From a virus (Duplodnaviria > Caudoviricetes), in the IMG/VR virus record IMGVR_UViG_3300030376_002780, positions 1-32,879 of that record: 32,879 bases of DNA; one strand, given 5' to 3'. The translations under genes and the position numbers were made by a program. The notes beneath the pieces are model-generated. The model was given only the letters and a program-made list of their open reading frames with translations. It was not told the origin of the DNA and searched no databases. This document shows, piece after piece, positions 7,558-17,191 of this stretch. Position 1 is the first letter of the stretch. Each line of letters starts with the position of its first letter.

Positions 7558-9512
7558 TGGCTTTAGTAACAGATAATATACAAGATTTTGTTAAAAGAGT
7601 ACAACCAACTCCTGCAACTCCTGAAAAACCAACACCATCATTAAAAGGTGTTGATTTCTTTAAAGATACTCACGCTAAAGGATTTGTAATAGGAAAAAAT
7701 CCAACCGATAGTGATTTTATATTAGATGGTTTTCCGAGATTAAAAGATGTGGATTTCTTTCAGAATACCTACGCTAAAGGATTTGTCTTGAGAAAAAATT
7801 CAAAAGATAGTGATTTTATATTGGACAGTCTTCCCAAGTCAAACTTTCTTGATAGTAGGGGTAATGTTTCTTTACCATTTAATGAAAACAACACGATTCA
7901 AGCTGTTATAAATAGTGGTAAATCAAGACTCTTAGATTTACATAACGATGATAATTTTCTAAATGACTATTATTCTCAAATAACAACTAAAGGTAGGTTG
8001 GGTATACGAAATGATGGTGTAAATCAAATAGGATTAGAACAACCGTTTGTTGTTAGGGAGATTGGTAGCAAATTAGGTTTTGATGGTGTTGAAGATATAC
8101 CAGGACTACAAAATAACACCATAGCAAAAGTATTAGATTTTACTGGTAATATACTAAATGATATAGGTGGTGCGGTATTTGGTCGTAATCCAAATGAATA
8201 TTTAGGTGCTGGTGCAAATAGTTTAACACGTACTGCTAAGTTTTTAGCGACATCAAAAGGTGCGGCGTTCTTAATAAAACAAAACACATTAATTAAAAGG
8301 AATCCCCAACATTTAAGAGCTGACGTAAGATATAACCTTATTGGTGACGAGAGTGTAGAAAATCTGGGTGATTTAGCAAAAAGAACACAAAATTTACAAA
8401 AATATAATCCTCTATCTATAGGTAGTTTACCAGGTGTAACTAGAATTCCTATTTACGCTCTTGACCCAATCCAAGAAGTAACAAGATACTTAGATACTAT
8501 AGCAGCTAGAATATCAGCGACAGCTATAAAAGCTTCTAAAGAAGTTTTAGATGAGGTAATAGACATTGGTAGTCGTATTGGTGGTAGTGTTAGTGGGTAT
8601 CTTAGAAATACTAGAGCTGGTAAACTTTTCAATGATAAAATTGTTTCACCAGTAACAGAGGGAATAGACGACCTTAAAATTAAAACGAAACAAATAGATG
8701 ATAAAAGAAAAGCTATTGCACAAAGATTTGATGTTTATAAACAAAATTCAAGTGCTTTATTAAGTAAAGAATCCTTTAACGTGATAGACCCTCAGGCTGC
8801 AGCTAATGTTGGTGTCGATAAAGTAAATTTAATTCCATATGGTACTAGAGATGAAGCGAAGCAGAAAGGTTCTGATAAAACTGAAGAACGATTGGATTTT
8901 ATCCCATTCAGATTTAGAGATGTCAATAATGACAAATACATAGTGTTCAGAGCAATACTAAGTGGTATAACTGATACTTTTTCACCTGATTATTCTCCAG
9001 AGAGATATGTTGGTAGACCAGACAACGTTTATGTTTATCAAGGTACAACACGTGAAATAAGTTTTACACTTGATATTTATCCAAAGTCAGACCAAGAACT
9101 GGTTCCCTTGTGGGAAAAGATGAATTACTTAGCGGGACTTACATACCCACACGTAGCAAATGCATCTGGTGGTGGTAAGGGTATGATTTCACCAATTTGT
9201 GAACTAACCATTGGTGATATGTATAGAGATACTCCAGGTTATATAGGTGGTCTATCATATACTGTTCAAGAAAGTAGCACTTGGGAAACAACTTTTGCTA
9301 AACTACCAAAGTATATACAAGCAGCCGTAACTTTCGTTTATATAGGTAAAGACGAATTAACGGCTGAAGCAAAACATTTTGATGTCCCTTGGGTAGCATC
9401 TAAAAAATACATTTCAGACTTGAGAAATATTAGAAGTCAACAAGGTTCTGATGTAAGTCAAACATTCGAACAGTTGACAGAACGTTTTAAGAAAAAATTA
9501 CCGTTTAATTAA
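7557..9512 (+). CDS. Baseplate protein with C-terminal tube-like (gp48/gp54-like) domain
   Basis: C-terminal FIPFRF...FRAILSGITDTFSPDY...YVGRPD...REISFTL...LTIGDMY; follows the tape measure. Confidence 0.65.
   Translation: MALVTDNIQDFVKRVQPTPATPEKPTPSLKGVDFFKDTHAKGFVIGKNPTDSDFILDGFPRLKDVDFFQNTYAKGFVLRKNSKDSDFILDSLPKSNFLDSRGNVSLPFNENNTIQAVINSGKSRLLDLHNDDNFLNDYYSQITTKGRLGIRNDGVNQIGLEQPFVVREIGSKLGFDGVEDIPGLQNNTIAKVLDFTGNILNDIGGAVFGRNPNEYLGAGANSLTRTAKFLATSKGAAFLIKQNTLIKRNPQHLRADVRYNLIGDESVENLGDLAKRTQNLQKYNPLSIGSLPGVTRIPIYALDPIQEVTRYLDTIAARISATAIKASKEVLDEVIDIGSRIGGSVSGYLRNTRAGKLFNDKIVSPVTEGIDDLKIKTKQIDDKRKAIAQRFDVYKQNSSALLSKESFNVIDPQAAANVGVDKVNLIPYGTRDEAKQKGSDKTEERLDFIPFRFRDVNNDKYIVFRAILSGITDTFSPDYSPERYVGRPDNVYVYQGTTREISFTLDIYPKSDQELVPLWEKMNYLAGLTYPHVANASGGGKGMISPICELTIGDMYRDTPGYIGGLSYTVQESSTWETTFAKLPKYIQAAVTFVYIGKDELTAEAKHFDVPWVASKKYISDLRNIRSQQGSDVSQTFEQLTERFKKKLPFN
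7641..7838 (+). repeat. Diverged 99-bp tandem duplication (2 x 33 aa) in the baseplate gene
   Basis: LKGVDFFKDTHAKGFVIGKNPTDSDFILDGFPR / LKDVDFFQNTYAKGFVLRKNSKDSDFILDSLPK; copies start at 7641 and 7740. Confidence 0.9.
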
Positions 9513-9514
9513 TT

Positions 9515-9808
9515 ATGAAAAGATACAAGAACACACCACAAAAAAGAGATAAATCAGGTATAAGAGTATACACTACAACTTACTATCCAAAAATAGAAAT
9601 AAGTGATAGTGATGTATTTATAATGCCTAAAGACGGTCAAAGACTTGATAATCTAGCTTATAAATACTATGGTGATACAACTCTTTGGTGGATTATAGCT
9701 AAAGCAAATGGTATTAAAGGTGTTGTGGTTCCACCACTAGATGAACCAATAAGAATACCTGGAAATATAACAAACATTATTGAAAATTTTAATGACTTAA
9801 ACGGTTAG
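9515..9808 (+). CDS. LysM-like baseplate wedge protein (gp53/P2 gpX-like)
   Basis: GQRLDNLAYKYYGDTTLWWIIAKAN...IRIP LysM-type motif. Confidence 0.85.
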   Translation: MKRYKNTPQKRDKSGIRVYTTTYYPKIEISDSDVFIMPKDGQRLDNLAYKYYGDTTLWWIIAKANGIKGVVVPPLDEPIRIPGNITNIIENFNDLNG

Positions 9809-9811
9809 GTT

Positions 9812-12565
9812 ATGATTGATTTAACTCCAATAGACGAAAGAATCCAAAAACGTCTGTTCCAAAAGATGAACTTGTTGGGTAAAAAAGTACCCAACCAATC
9901 AAGTGATGGTCTCACCTCTCAACAATTAGCAAACAAAACAACATTTATCAGAATGACTTCTGGTTTAGAAAGACCAGTTATATTGATGGGTGGTGAACTA
10001 GAAGACGATAATTCAACAATATCAGGTTATGATGACATATATGGGCCTCGTAGATTAGACGTATACGAAGATGGTGAATTAATCGGTGCAGGTGATACTG
10101 CAAATAAATTCAAAAGACCAATGCCTGGTATAAAGTCAATAGATGTAAATTTCAAAGGTGGTGTTAGAGCACTTAGAGAGGCAACAATATCTTGGACTTG
10201 TTGGAGTTTCGAAGATATCAATAGATTATCACCTCACTTTCTAGCACACGGAAAAACTATAGTATTAGAATGGGGTTGGGTATATAACCAAACTACTCTA
10301 AGAAATTTACCATCATTAATTGGTAAAGATGGTGTTAGAAAATCAGCGTACAACAACTATAAAGAAGAAGTTTTAAAAGCAAACGGTGATTTTGATTTTA
10401 TGGTTGGTATCGTTAAAAATTTTGAATATACAACTCGTGAGGATGGAGCGTTTGATTGTCAAACTATTATAACAAGTGTTGGAAACTCTATAACTAGTAA
10501 TATCACACCCAACAAAGTTTCAGAAAATACAAGTGTTATAAGTAAATTAACAAAACAACAAGAACTAGATGAATTAAAAGAATTAGTAAAGAAAGAAGAT
10601 GAAGAAATAATAAGTTTTGATGTTGGTGTGTCTTTAAAAACTATGATTAGTTTTATTGATAATTACATAGAGAGTATAGATTCTAACAAAGTTAAAACCG
10701 TATCTGTGACTGAAGCTAAAAAAGGTCGACTTGAAAACAAAAGTTTTACTACCAATACAATTAATTATCAACCAAATAAATATATACAAACTTTTGAAAA
10801 CTCAAATGATAGAAATAAAGACCTCCCACCAGCTAGTAATACCTGGGTGAGATGGGGTTGGTTTGAAGATAATATTTTGTCTAAGTTTTTAACTCTCGTT
10901 AGTGATAGTTCAGAGAGACCTTTCGTAACACAATTTAGGTCAGTAGAAAAGACCGAAGATGGTTTTGAGAGCACACGAGTTAGAACTCATAATCGATTAG
11001 AAACGGTTGATATAAATAAATACATATTACCAGGTAAGTTTAAAACATTTAGTTTACCACCAGAGAAGACGAAGAATAAAGGTGACATTCCCCTAGACAC
11101 GGGTGATAGAAACCTCCACGAGGAACTATCTAAAATAGTAAACGATAATTTTAAACCATTTGATAGTAAAGATGGTAAATACGGTAATATGAGAAATTTT
11201 TTAATCAATACAAAAATATTAAAAGACGCTTTTAGTGTTAGGAGTAGTGAAGTAACAACAGAATCTCTTAATTTAAAAGAATCTTTAGAAGAACTATTCA
11301 GATATTTAAATCAAGATATACCTTTTTGGAGTTTAGAGATTACCCAAGATAGTGAAGATGATTTCAGAACTAAAATTATTGATACTTCACAAACCGCTAT
11401 AGAGTTTGAAAGTAAGAAAAAAATTAATAGAACTGTAACTAAAGATATTGGTACTAGAAGTAGTTACAATCCAAACACTGGTGAAGTTACTAATAATGGT
11501 GTTTTCTTTTTTCCTGTGTGGAGAACTGATTCAATCGTAAAGAGTCAAAATATAGTAACTAAAATACCTGATGCTTTAGCTATATCAACTATGTATGGTG
11601 CTAATTATGATAGTGTAAAGTTTTTAGAAAATCCACCAGTCGAAGCTAGCTCTATTGAAGCTACAGCTTTAGCGGGTATGTATTCACAAGATGAAGATAA
11701 AAATTTAAAGAATATAGATATTGCTCTTAGAAAAGATGGATATAAAACCATTGGTCAAACTGATGATAGTAAAGATATTATAAGAAACGGTGGTGAAGAT
11801 AATGTTTTTGATTATTTAAAAGTAATTTCAGAAAATATTAAAGAAAAATACGAAGAGAGAATTAAAAAAATTAATACACAATTAAACAATGCTAAAAAAG
11901 AACAAATAGATAGAGAGCGAGTTAAATCAGAGGAAGCGGTTCAAAAACTTCAATTAGAATTAGAAAATCAACCACTCCCAACACCAAACTCACTTAGAGA
12001 TAACCCAGAGACGACAGATAAATTTAATATTTTGATAGAGAACGGGTATTTTCAAGATGTTTATAATAGAACATATTACGATGATGGTAGAATGAAACAG
12101 AGTTTTATAGACTTTGTATCTGATTCAGTTTCGATAACACCTGATAAAAAAAGTGCTGAAACTGCAAAACCATTATTAATACCAATGGATATGGAAATAG
12201 AAATAGAAGGGATTGGTGGTATCGTACCAGGTAATTCATATCATTCTACGTATTTACCTTCAAGATATCAAGAAGAAGCGATGTTTCAAATATTCGACGT
12301 TGGTCACAAAGTTGATTCATCTGGTTGGTCAGTATCAATTTCAGGTGTGATGAGAAGTTCATTTAGTAAATTAACACAAAGTAATAAAACAGTATCTATA
12401 TCACAAGTTACAGACTCTTTACTTAAATTAATAAACGATAAAGCTGCAGCTGACAAAGACCTCGAAGAAAAGAAAATACAACAACAAAACATAGAACTTC
12501 GAGATAAAGTGAAAAGATACAAAGAAAGTGGTCTAGCTGCTGCCGAACGTATTCTGAGTAGATGA
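9812..12565 (+). CDS. Large baseplate hub protein (gp27-like, putative)
   Basis: 917 aa; PMPGIKSIDV, LEWGW and C-terminal IEGIGGIVPGN...FQIFDVGHKVDSSGWSV fit hub proteins; gene context. Confidence 0.55.
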   Translation: MIDLTPIDERIQKRLFQKMNLLGKKVPNQSSDGLTSQQLANKTTFIRMTSGLERPVILMGGELEDDNSTISGYDDIYGPRRLDVYEDGELIGAGDTANKFKRPMPGIKSIDVNFKGGVRALREATISWTCWSFEDINRLSPHFLAHGKTIVLEWGWVYNQTTLRNLPSLIGKDGVRKSAYNNYKEEVLKANGDFDFMVGIVKNFEYTTREDGAFDCQTIITSVGNSITSNITPNKVSENTSVISKLTKQQELDELKELVKKEDEEIISFDVGVSLKTMISFIDNYIESIDSNKVKTVSVTEAKKGRLENKSFTTNTINYQPNKYIQTFENSNDRNKDLPPASNTWVRWGWFEDNILSKFLTLVSDSSERPFVTQFRSVEKTEDGFESTRVRTHNRLETVDINKYILPGKFKTFSLPPEKTKNKGDIPLDTGDRNLHEELSKIVNDNFKPFDSKDGKYGNMRNFLINTKILKDAFSVRSSEVTTESLNLKESLEELFRYLNQDIPFWSLEITQDSEDDFRTKIIDTSQTAIEFESKKKINRTVTKDIGTRSSYNPNTGEVTNNGVFFFPVWRTDSIVKSQNIVTKIPDALAISTMYGANYDSVKFLENPPVEASSIEATALAGMYSQDEDKNLKNIDIALRKDGYKTIGQTDDSKDIIRNGGEDNVFDYLKVISENIKEKYEERIKKINTQLNNAKKEQIDRERVKSEEAVQKLQLELENQPLPTPNSLRDNPETTDKFNILIENGYFQDVYNRTYYDDGRMKQSFIDFVSDSVSITPDKKSAETAKPLLIPMDMEIEIEGIGGIVPGNSYHSTYLPSRYQEEAMFQIFDVGHKVDSSGWSVSISGVMRSSFSKLTQSNKTVSISQVTDSLLKLINDKAAADKDLEEKKIQQQNIELRDKVKRYKESGLAAAERILSR

Positions 12566-13173
12566 TAATGGCTACTAAACAACAAATACAAAACATTAAA
12601 ACTGATATTGAAAGAACTATTCAAGGTTTAAGAACCAAACCACAAGAGTTTACATATGAGGAGGGTGGATTCGTCAAACCTGATACTTTGTACTCGGTTT
12701 ATTACACACTTGATAAACAAGAGGAATATCTAACGGGTATACAAAACACTACTAACTCAAGACGTATATTTAAAGAAACACCAGATACTTTATTTGGTGA
12801 ATATTCAAGTATAGATGTAATTCGGAGACAAGACTATCCAAAAGAGTCTACCTTTAAACCAACAGAGGCTGATTATAAAATAGGTGAAGTAACGAGATAC
12901 TTTACTCAACAATCAAATGATAATACGAAACCAATATTTGAAATAGATAAAAAAACATTTGACAATAAAAACAATTTATATAGATACGTAAGTTTTACTT
13001 GGATGATAAGTGGTCTGAAACAAGATGTTGAAAGAGAAAATTCAATAACTATTAGAGTCTTAGAAACAGAATTACCAGGTATCTCAACGATACTATTCCC
13101 TTTACAACTTTGGACACCCCCAAAAGATTCAAAAGAAGACTTGGAAAATAAATTAAGTCGTCTAAAAAAATAG
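12562..13173 (+). CDS. Hypothetical protein, probably virion/baseplate associated
   Basis: ATGA overlap with the upstream gene; PTEADYKIGEVTRYF motif; last gene of the tail block. Confidence 0.65.
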   Translation: MIMATKQQIQNIKTDIERTIQGLRTKPQEFTYEEGGFVKPDTLYSVYYTLDKQEEYLTGIQNTTNSRRIFKETPDTLFGEYSSIDVIRRQDYPKESTFKPTEADYKIGEVTRYFTQQSNDNTKPIFEIDKKTFDNKNNLYRYVSFTWMISGLKQDVERENSITIRVLETELPGISTILFPLQLWTPPKDSKEDLENKLSRLKK

Positions 13174-13184
13174 TGATACTTATA
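13174..13184 (+). promoter_or_regulatory. Putative phage promoter (TGATACTTATA) upstream of thyX
   Basis: Cassette nearly identical to 1062-1089. Confidence 0.55.
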
Positions 13185-13203
13185 GTAAATAAAAGGTTAT
13201 AAT

Positions 13204-13899
13204 ATGAAAATAGATGTACTAGACAAAGGATACATTGAGGTTGTTGATTCGTTAGGTGATGACCTAACACCAGTAAATGCAGCTCGTGTATCTTTTGATG
13301 GTTTTAGTGATACTTTTGAAGAAAAAGATAGAAAGTTATCTAAATTCCTAATCAAACACAAACATCACTCACCATTCAGACACCAACACGCTATGTTTAT
13401 AATAAAAGCACCAGAGTTCGTGATGAGACAATGGTATAAACACGTGGTGGGTATCGAGACCACATCATCTCACGTAACAAAAGACCACGCTTGGAATGAG
13501 ATAAGTGGTAGGTATGTTCCGTATGACGAGTTCTATGAACCAACCGAGTTCAGAAAACAATCAGAGGATAACAAACAGGCAAGTGATGGTTTGGTGGATG
13601 ACCAAGTTACAGTTACGATGAAGTGGAGAGAAACTCAAACGAAAATCATAGAAACGTATAAAGAGTTATTAGATATGGGTATGGCTCGTGAACAAGCTCG
13701 TAGTATCTTACCACTAACTGTTTACACAAAAGTATGGTGGACTGCATCATTTCAATCAATAATGAATTTCATAGAACTAAGGGATGAGAAGACATCCCAA
13801 GTAGAGATACAGGAATACGCAAGAGCAATGAAAAAAATTGTCTTGACTTTGTTCCCAGAAACTACTAAATTATGGAGTGAAATTTACTTGGAAAATTAA
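13204..13899 (+). CDS. thyX: Flavin-dependent thymidylate synthase
   Basis: VNAARVSF, HHSPFRH, NEISGRY, AREQARSILP, FIELR...QVEIQEYA. Confidence 0.95.
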   Translation: MKIDVLDKGYIEVVDSLGDDLTPVNAARVSFDGFSDTFEEKDRKLSKFLIKHKHHSPFRHQHAMFIIKAPEFVMRQWYKHVVGIETTSSHVTKDHAWNEISGRYVPYDEFYEPTEFRKQSEDNKQASDGLVDDQVTVTMKWRETQTKIIETYKELLDMGMAREQARSILPLTVYTKVWWTASFQSIMNFIELRDEKTSQVEIQEYARAMKKIVLTLFPETTKLWSEIYLEN

Positions 13900-15176
13900 T
13901 GATAATAGAAAATAAAAGTCAATTAGATGACTTCTTAAAAGGTTATAGTTCTCAAGATAGTATTATCATTCCAATCCAAAACGACGAAAACAAACATCCG
14001 ATAGATGATGATATATGTTTGCTTTACATTCAGTTGATGGATGGTAGTGAGTTTGTTCTGCCTATCAATCATAGTGAATCTCTCAATATAGATTTACCAG
14101 ATTTAGATTCGGATACCAAGAAGTTCACCACGGATAAAAAATATCTACAACACCTATTACCACTTAAAAATGTGATAGATGTTAATTTAGTAAACTATTG
14201 TGTAAAGGGTGTACCACTCTCGTTAGAGGAAATATCAACTAACGCTCATAATTTCTTCCAAATGACTCATTATAAAAAGTCTAATATCAACAAAGTCATT
14301 CCTATATTAAAACACATTGAACGGTGTCGGAAAGTGTGTAAAGTTTTAAAAACGACCATAGAACGTCATTTAGACCACTTAAATGAGGTATATAACGAGG
14401 ATATTTTAAAAGACTTGGGTTATATCGAAAGTAACGGACTACAGACAAATGAAGGAATGGTCTATAGTGAATATAATATTTTCACATCAACTGGTAGACC
14501 AAGTAATAGATTTGGTGGTATCAACTTTGCAGCTCTTAATAAAAAAGACGGTAGTAGAGAAAAATTTATTAGTAGATTTGGTGGAGATGGTGTGTTGGTA
14601 GAAATGGACTTTGATGCGTATCACTTGAGACTAATCGCGGACAAAATCAATTATGAGTTTCCACAAGGTTCAGTTCACGAACATATGGCTCAGTTCTACG
14701 GTGTTGATTATGAGGAAGCAAAAAGACTATCATTTCAATACTTATATGGATACATCCCACCAGAGGTGGTAGAAATCAACCCATATTTCAGTATGGTAGG
14801 TGATTATATAAATAACTTATGGAATGACTTTAACGACAAAGATTTTGTAGAGTCCGATATTTATATGAGAAGGATATTCAAATCTAATTTGAGTGGTATG
14901 AACGCTAATAAGTTGTTCAATTACACGATTCAACTTATGGAAACTGAAAATAATATGAGGGTTTTAAATAATTTAATACCTCAGATTAAAGATTTCAGTA
15001 GTAAATTAATTTTATATTCTTATGATAGTTTTTTACTTGACTTTAATATGAAAGATGGTTTAGATTACTTAAAGAAAGTTAAACAAATATTAGAACAAGA
15101 TGATAAATATCCAGTAAAGGTTAGTTGGGGTATAAACTATCACGAAATGAAAGATATTACAGAGAAGTTTGTATGA
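13899..15176 (+). CDS. Miniature divergent family-A DNA polymerase-like protein
   Basis: TSTGRPSN (motif 2), VEMDFDAYHLR (motif A), AKRLSFQYLYG (motif B), NYTIQ, LYSYDSFLLD (motif C); only 425 aa. Confidence 0.8.
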   Translation: MIIENKSQLDDFLKGYSSQDSIIIPIQNDENKHPIDDDICLLYIQLMDGSEFVLPINHSESLNIDLPDLDSDTKKFTTDKKYLQHLLPLKNVIDVNLVNYCVKGVPLSLEEISTNAHNFFQMTHYKKSNINKVIPILKHIERCRKVCKVLKTTIERHLDHLNEVYNEDILKDLGYIESNGLQTNEGMVYSEYNIFTSTGRPSNRFGGINFAALNKKDGSREKFISRFGGDGVLVEMDFDAYHLRLIADKINYEFPQGSVHEHMAQFYGVDYEEAKRLSFQYLYGYIPPEVVEINPYFSMVGDYINNLWNDFNDKDFVESDIYMRRIFKSNLSGMNANKLFNYTIQLMETENNMRVLNNLIPQIKDFSSKLILYSYDSFLLDFNMKDGLDYLKKVKQILEQDDKYPVKVSWGINYHEMKDITEKFV

Positions 15177-16681
15177 AAATAAATTTTGAAAAAATAGTTA
15201 AAGAGTGGGGTTATAGAGTTCACGATGGTAAACCAAACCATAAAAACGGTTCACATCTTTACCACCTAAATCGTATTTTAATAGAACAGAAATGGCCTTT
15301 TGAAGTTATAGATGAACTTTTAGAGAATTTAAATGAAGAGGTTAAATTCGATAAAACAGATATTTCATTACTAAGAAATCTTGGTATAAATAAATCAGTA
15401 CCTGATGAAGATTTAGCAGATATTATAAATGGTAAGGTGGATTTAAGTGGTGTTAGTTGTCTTAGAGGTTCTGGTAATACAGCTTTTCAAGACATACAAA
15501 ACTATGATTTAAAGACATTGAGAAATATTCTAAGAAAAAGTAATAAATTTTATATTACTTATGCTGGTAACGATAAAAAGTTAAGAACAGAATATAACAT
15601 AAGAATTTGTAAATGGGGTAATAGTAAAAAGAAAAACGATGTAAATTATAAACGAGTAGCATTGATTTATAAAATTTATAAAGATAATAGTAGTAAAATA
15701 GAAGTCAAAGAAAGAAATGCGGCTGGTATTGGTTATGAAGATATGCAGATAGCTGAGTTGAATGATTATTTCAAAAATATTTCGACCTCACCAGTTCCTC
15801 TCTACGTAGCTGGTAAAGATATGGGTGTTGATGTAAATGGTGCATCCACTATAAGTGGTGTTCCAAAAGCTGATTTCTCTTTAGATAAAGATGGTACACC
15901 TGTATTTTGGGTTTCATATAAACACGGTGAATATTATGACTCGAAAGAGGGTAATTTAAAAGTAGGAAAGCAAGTACCGTTTCAACAATATGGTTCAATG
16001 AGTTCATTCTTTGATAAAAATTTTGAACAGAAAACTGGTATAAAAGGACTTGATGCAGTTTCAAATACTTTTTTAAAAGTCGTTATCAAGAACTTAAAGG
16101 AAGTATACAAAAATGTCACTGCCATTAAATTTTTAAAAGGTAAAGATGTTGAAATAACAATGGGTAAAACCAAAAAAGTAATCAAAGATAAACATAATAT
16201 ATTCTCGGCTAGACAATCATTTTATGAAAAAAACTTGTGGAAGACTCACAAAAAAATAGATTTGTATCTTGTACCATCTAAAACAAGTTTTTATAGAAGT
16301 TTTGAAAAAGACCCTAAGTATTCTGATATTGCAGCTGCAACTATTTATGGTACAGATTTTAAAAAAGGTAATAAAACTTTTAGTAAAGAAAATGTAAATG
16401 TTTTATTACAAGCTAAAGAAACATTAACACTTGAGCCTATGACTGACCAAGATGGTTCAATACAAGGTATTAATTTAGACACAAGACAATCTGGACATAT
16501 TGTTTTTAATCCTAACGTACCATCAACAAAACCTGAAATAGCACAATATTTACCTGTCTTTGTTTTAAGGCATACTAAAGAAACGACATTTGGTTTTAAA
16601 GACGGTGGTAAAACTAATTTAATTGCAGGTGGTCGTTATTTAATAATGCCACAAGGTCAAGCGACGGGTAAGAGAATATAA
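15173..16681 (+). CDS. Putative PD-(D/E)xK restriction-like endonuclease with N-terminal extension
   Basis: ATGA overlap puts the start at 15173; YE...PKADFSL...VSYK...FQQYG resembles a PD-(D/E)xK core with the S-x-K variant. Confidence 0.5.
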   Translation: MKINFEKIVKEWGYRVHDGKPNHKNGSHLYHLNRILIEQKWPFEVIDELLENLNEEVKFDKTDISLLRNLGINKSVPDEDLADIINGKVDLSGVSCLRGSGNTAFQDIQNYDLKTLRNILRKSNKFYITYAGNDKKLRTEYNIRICKWGNSKKKNDVNYKRVALIYKIYKDNSSKIEVKERNAAGIGYEDMQIAELNDYFKNISTSPVPLYVAGKDMGVDVNGASTISGVPKADFSLDKDGTPVFWVSYKHGEYYDSKEGNLKVGKQVPFQQYGSMSSFFDKNFEQKTGIKGLDAVSNTFLKVVIKNLKEVYKNVTAIKFLKGKDVEITMGKTKKVIKDKHNIFSARQSFYEKNLWKTHKKIDLYLVPSKTSFYRSFEKDPKYSDIAAATIYGTDFKKGNKTFSKENVNVLLQAKETLTLEPMTDQDGSIQGINLDTRQSGHIVFNPNVPSTKPEIAQYLPVFVLRHTKETTFGFKDGGKTNLIAGGRYLIMPQGQATGKRI

Positions 16682-17088
16682 TGAGAACACAACTACTCTG
16701 TACATTTACAAAAAGAAATAATTTTAAAGATACGATAAACGTAATCATAGCCTGTAATGAGATAGTCTTTGATAAAATTTATGTGTTTCAAAATGAAGAC
16801 GACCATCATCAATTAATCTGTACTTACAACGTAGAGTATGATGAGGATGCAATACAAGATGTACCAGATACAATATCACTACATAGAAAGAAACAGAGTA
16901 ATACACTTTACACAATTAACGCTCTGAATGATTTAATTCGTGAACTTAATGGTGGTAAGTTAGATAAGTCATTTCCTATAGAGTGGGACAATTACAGAAA
17001 CTCTTTACTTTTAACAAACGAAACAGGACTCAATAAAATCCCTACAAGGATTTACACGATAGTAGATGTAAAAACTTGGGAAAACTAG
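16681..17088 (+). CDS. Hypothetical protein (135 aa)
   Basis: TAATG overlap; clean ORF; no function recognised. Confidence 0.7.
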   Translation: MRTQLLCTFTKRNNFKDTINVIIACNEIVFDKIYVFQNEDDHHQLICTYNVEYDEDAIQDVPDTISLHRKKQSNTLYTINALNDLIRELNGGKLDKSFPIEWDNYRNSLLLTNETGLNKIPTRIYTIVDVKTWEN

Positions 17089-17117
17089 AAAAAAAAACTT
17101 TATTTACAAAATATATA

Positions 17118-17128
17118 TGATACTTATT
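17118..17128 (+). promoter_or_regulatory. Putative phage promoter (TGATACTTATT) upstream of SSB
   Basis: Recurrent motif. Confidence 0.5.
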
Positions 17129-17191
17129 TTTGTATCAGGTTATACTGATTAACAATTACCAATTAACTAATTAAACAATGAGGAATGAATA

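Noticed and set aside
1782-12565. Bacterial contractile injection system or tailocin rather than a phage
   Set aside because: Contiguous with a T4-like replication module and shared phage promoter motifs.
15125-15172. Track start codons at 15125, 6042, 17991, 24014 and 27044
   Set aside because: Downstream ATGs (15173, 6048, 18003, 24047, 27077) fit SD spacing or ATGA coupling better.
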